Assembly: GCA_037441385.1 (NCBI GenBank)
Contig: JBBISH010000062.1
Span: 1-35,753 of the forward strand
From: Myxococcales bacterium
GTDB taxonomy: Bacteria; Myxococcota_A; UBA9042
Direction of reading: 5' to 3'
Length of the DNA: 35,753 nt
In this document: positions 34,856 to 35,753 of the stretch, piece after piece
Numbering within the stretch: position 1 is the stretch's first letter
How the letters are laid out: every line of letters starts with the position of its first letter
The notes under the pieces: model-generated
What the model saw: the letters and a program-made list of their open reading frames with translations, nothing else
Told to the model about the DNA's origin: nothing
Databases searched by the model: none
Position numbers and translations under genes: made by a program

Positions 34856-35753
34856 TCACCGACCTTTGGGCGCCGCCAACAAATCCGGTGGCGTCAAACC
34901 AAAGGCGGGTGGCGGGTACAGAAAGGCGCGATGGTCGGCAAGGGCCGTGAACTCGTTGATCTCACTCCAGTCCGGCGGTCCGCTGGGATCCAGCGTCAGG
35001 TTGCGCGCCGCCCAGAACCAAGCCGGCGGGGTCGGGTCCACACACGCCACCTGAGCAGGGCCCAAGACCAGCAGGCGCCAGCTCTCTGGGTCGGCCTGGC
35101 TCGCCAACGCTTGCGCCACTTGGTCGCGGTGGGCGCTTGCCTGTTCGGGGGTGTCCGCCGCGTGGCGCGCCGACCAGCGGAGCCAAACTGCCAGACAGTC
35201 CGCGGTTGCGCCGGCACTGTCCGGATTGGCCTGGCAGACGGGCGTCTGGCTGACGACTAGGAAATTATCAATCAGCGCCTTGGCTTGCTTGATGTCCACC
35301 GCTGTCGGCGCCACCCCCGCCTTCTGGGCCCGCAACCACGCATCGGCGCGGACTGCCAGCAGGTTCAAGACCAAGTCGCGCCGGGCCCGTTGCCCACAGC
35401 CGTCCAAGAAAAGGACGTCCAGCGACCACTTGCGGTGGTGGTAGTCGCTGCAAGGGTCCGGCGCCAGCGATGCGCCAATGGCGAACACTTCGGCGTCGAC
35501 CAGCCAGGCGGCCACGTCGGGAGCCGTGTCGCCGTCCATGCTCCACGTTTGGCAGAGCTCGCCGCCCGTGTAGCCGGCCGCCTCGTAGCCGCAGCCTGCG
35601 TACTTGCGCTTGTTGCGGGCGAATTCCTTGCGGGCCTGCGCCACCGCCTTGGCTAGCTTGGCGTCTTTGGCCGGCGCGGTCACGGTCGGGGTCGGCTCGC
35701 TGGCCAAAGGGATCGGCCACGGACTAGGCGGCGGTGGTCGCCGTTGCGCCCAG
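34856..35753 (-). CDS. Hypothetical protein (partial, 5' end beyond window)
   Basis: The frame of the 283-aa ORF stays open to the right edge; protein-like composition, no recognised motif. Confidence 0.65.
   Translation of the reverse strand, partial: WAQRRPPPPSPWPIPLASEPTPTVTAPAKDAKLAKAVAQARKEFARNKRKYAGCGYEAAGYTGGELCQTWSMDGDTAPDVAAWLVDAEVFAIGASLAPDPCSDYHHRKWSLDVLFLDGCGQRARRDLVLNLLAVRADAWLRAQKAGVAPTAVDIKQAKALIDNFLVVSQTPVCQANPDSAGATADCLAVWLRWSARHAADTPEQASAHRDQVAQALASQADPESWRLLVLGPAQVACVDPTPPAWFWAARNLTLDPSGPPDWSEINEFTALADHRAFLYPPPAFGLTPPDLLAAPKGR

Overview
High-GC window whose gene content points to Myxococcota (Cys-rich repeat lipoproteins, a MYXO-CTERM-like tail, an AgmX/PglI-type protein, PilZ, OPT and SNF2 genes). 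It holds about 25 genes. Most of the supplied ORF track is GC-driven shadow ORFs, and it misses the real gene at 1-1876. Genes include two large CxDxNxCTxDxC-repeat lipoproteins, a class III adenylate cyclase, an FGE-sulfatase lipoprotein, DUF1801, DUF2164, alkB, a GMC-oxidoreductase operon, a DUF1566 lipoprotein, a tandem bacterial-PH protein, a permuted NlpC/P60 enzyme, a PilZ protein, an OPT transporter and a SNF2 ATPase. The most striking signals are non-coding. (A) A ~230-bp MITE occurs in two copies with CCTGCCWTACCG terminal inverted repeats, a perfect 8-bp target-site duplication at each copy, and a nested palindromic core. (B) A separate 138-bp structured repeat occurs in 3 full and about 5 partial copies. 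It tends to follow stop codons, brackets alkB as an inverted pair, and overlaps one gene's stop codon and the next gene's RBS and ATG. There is also a chimeric pseudogene patch at 22.5-23.2 kb. No transposase, rRNA, tRNA or CRISPR was seen.
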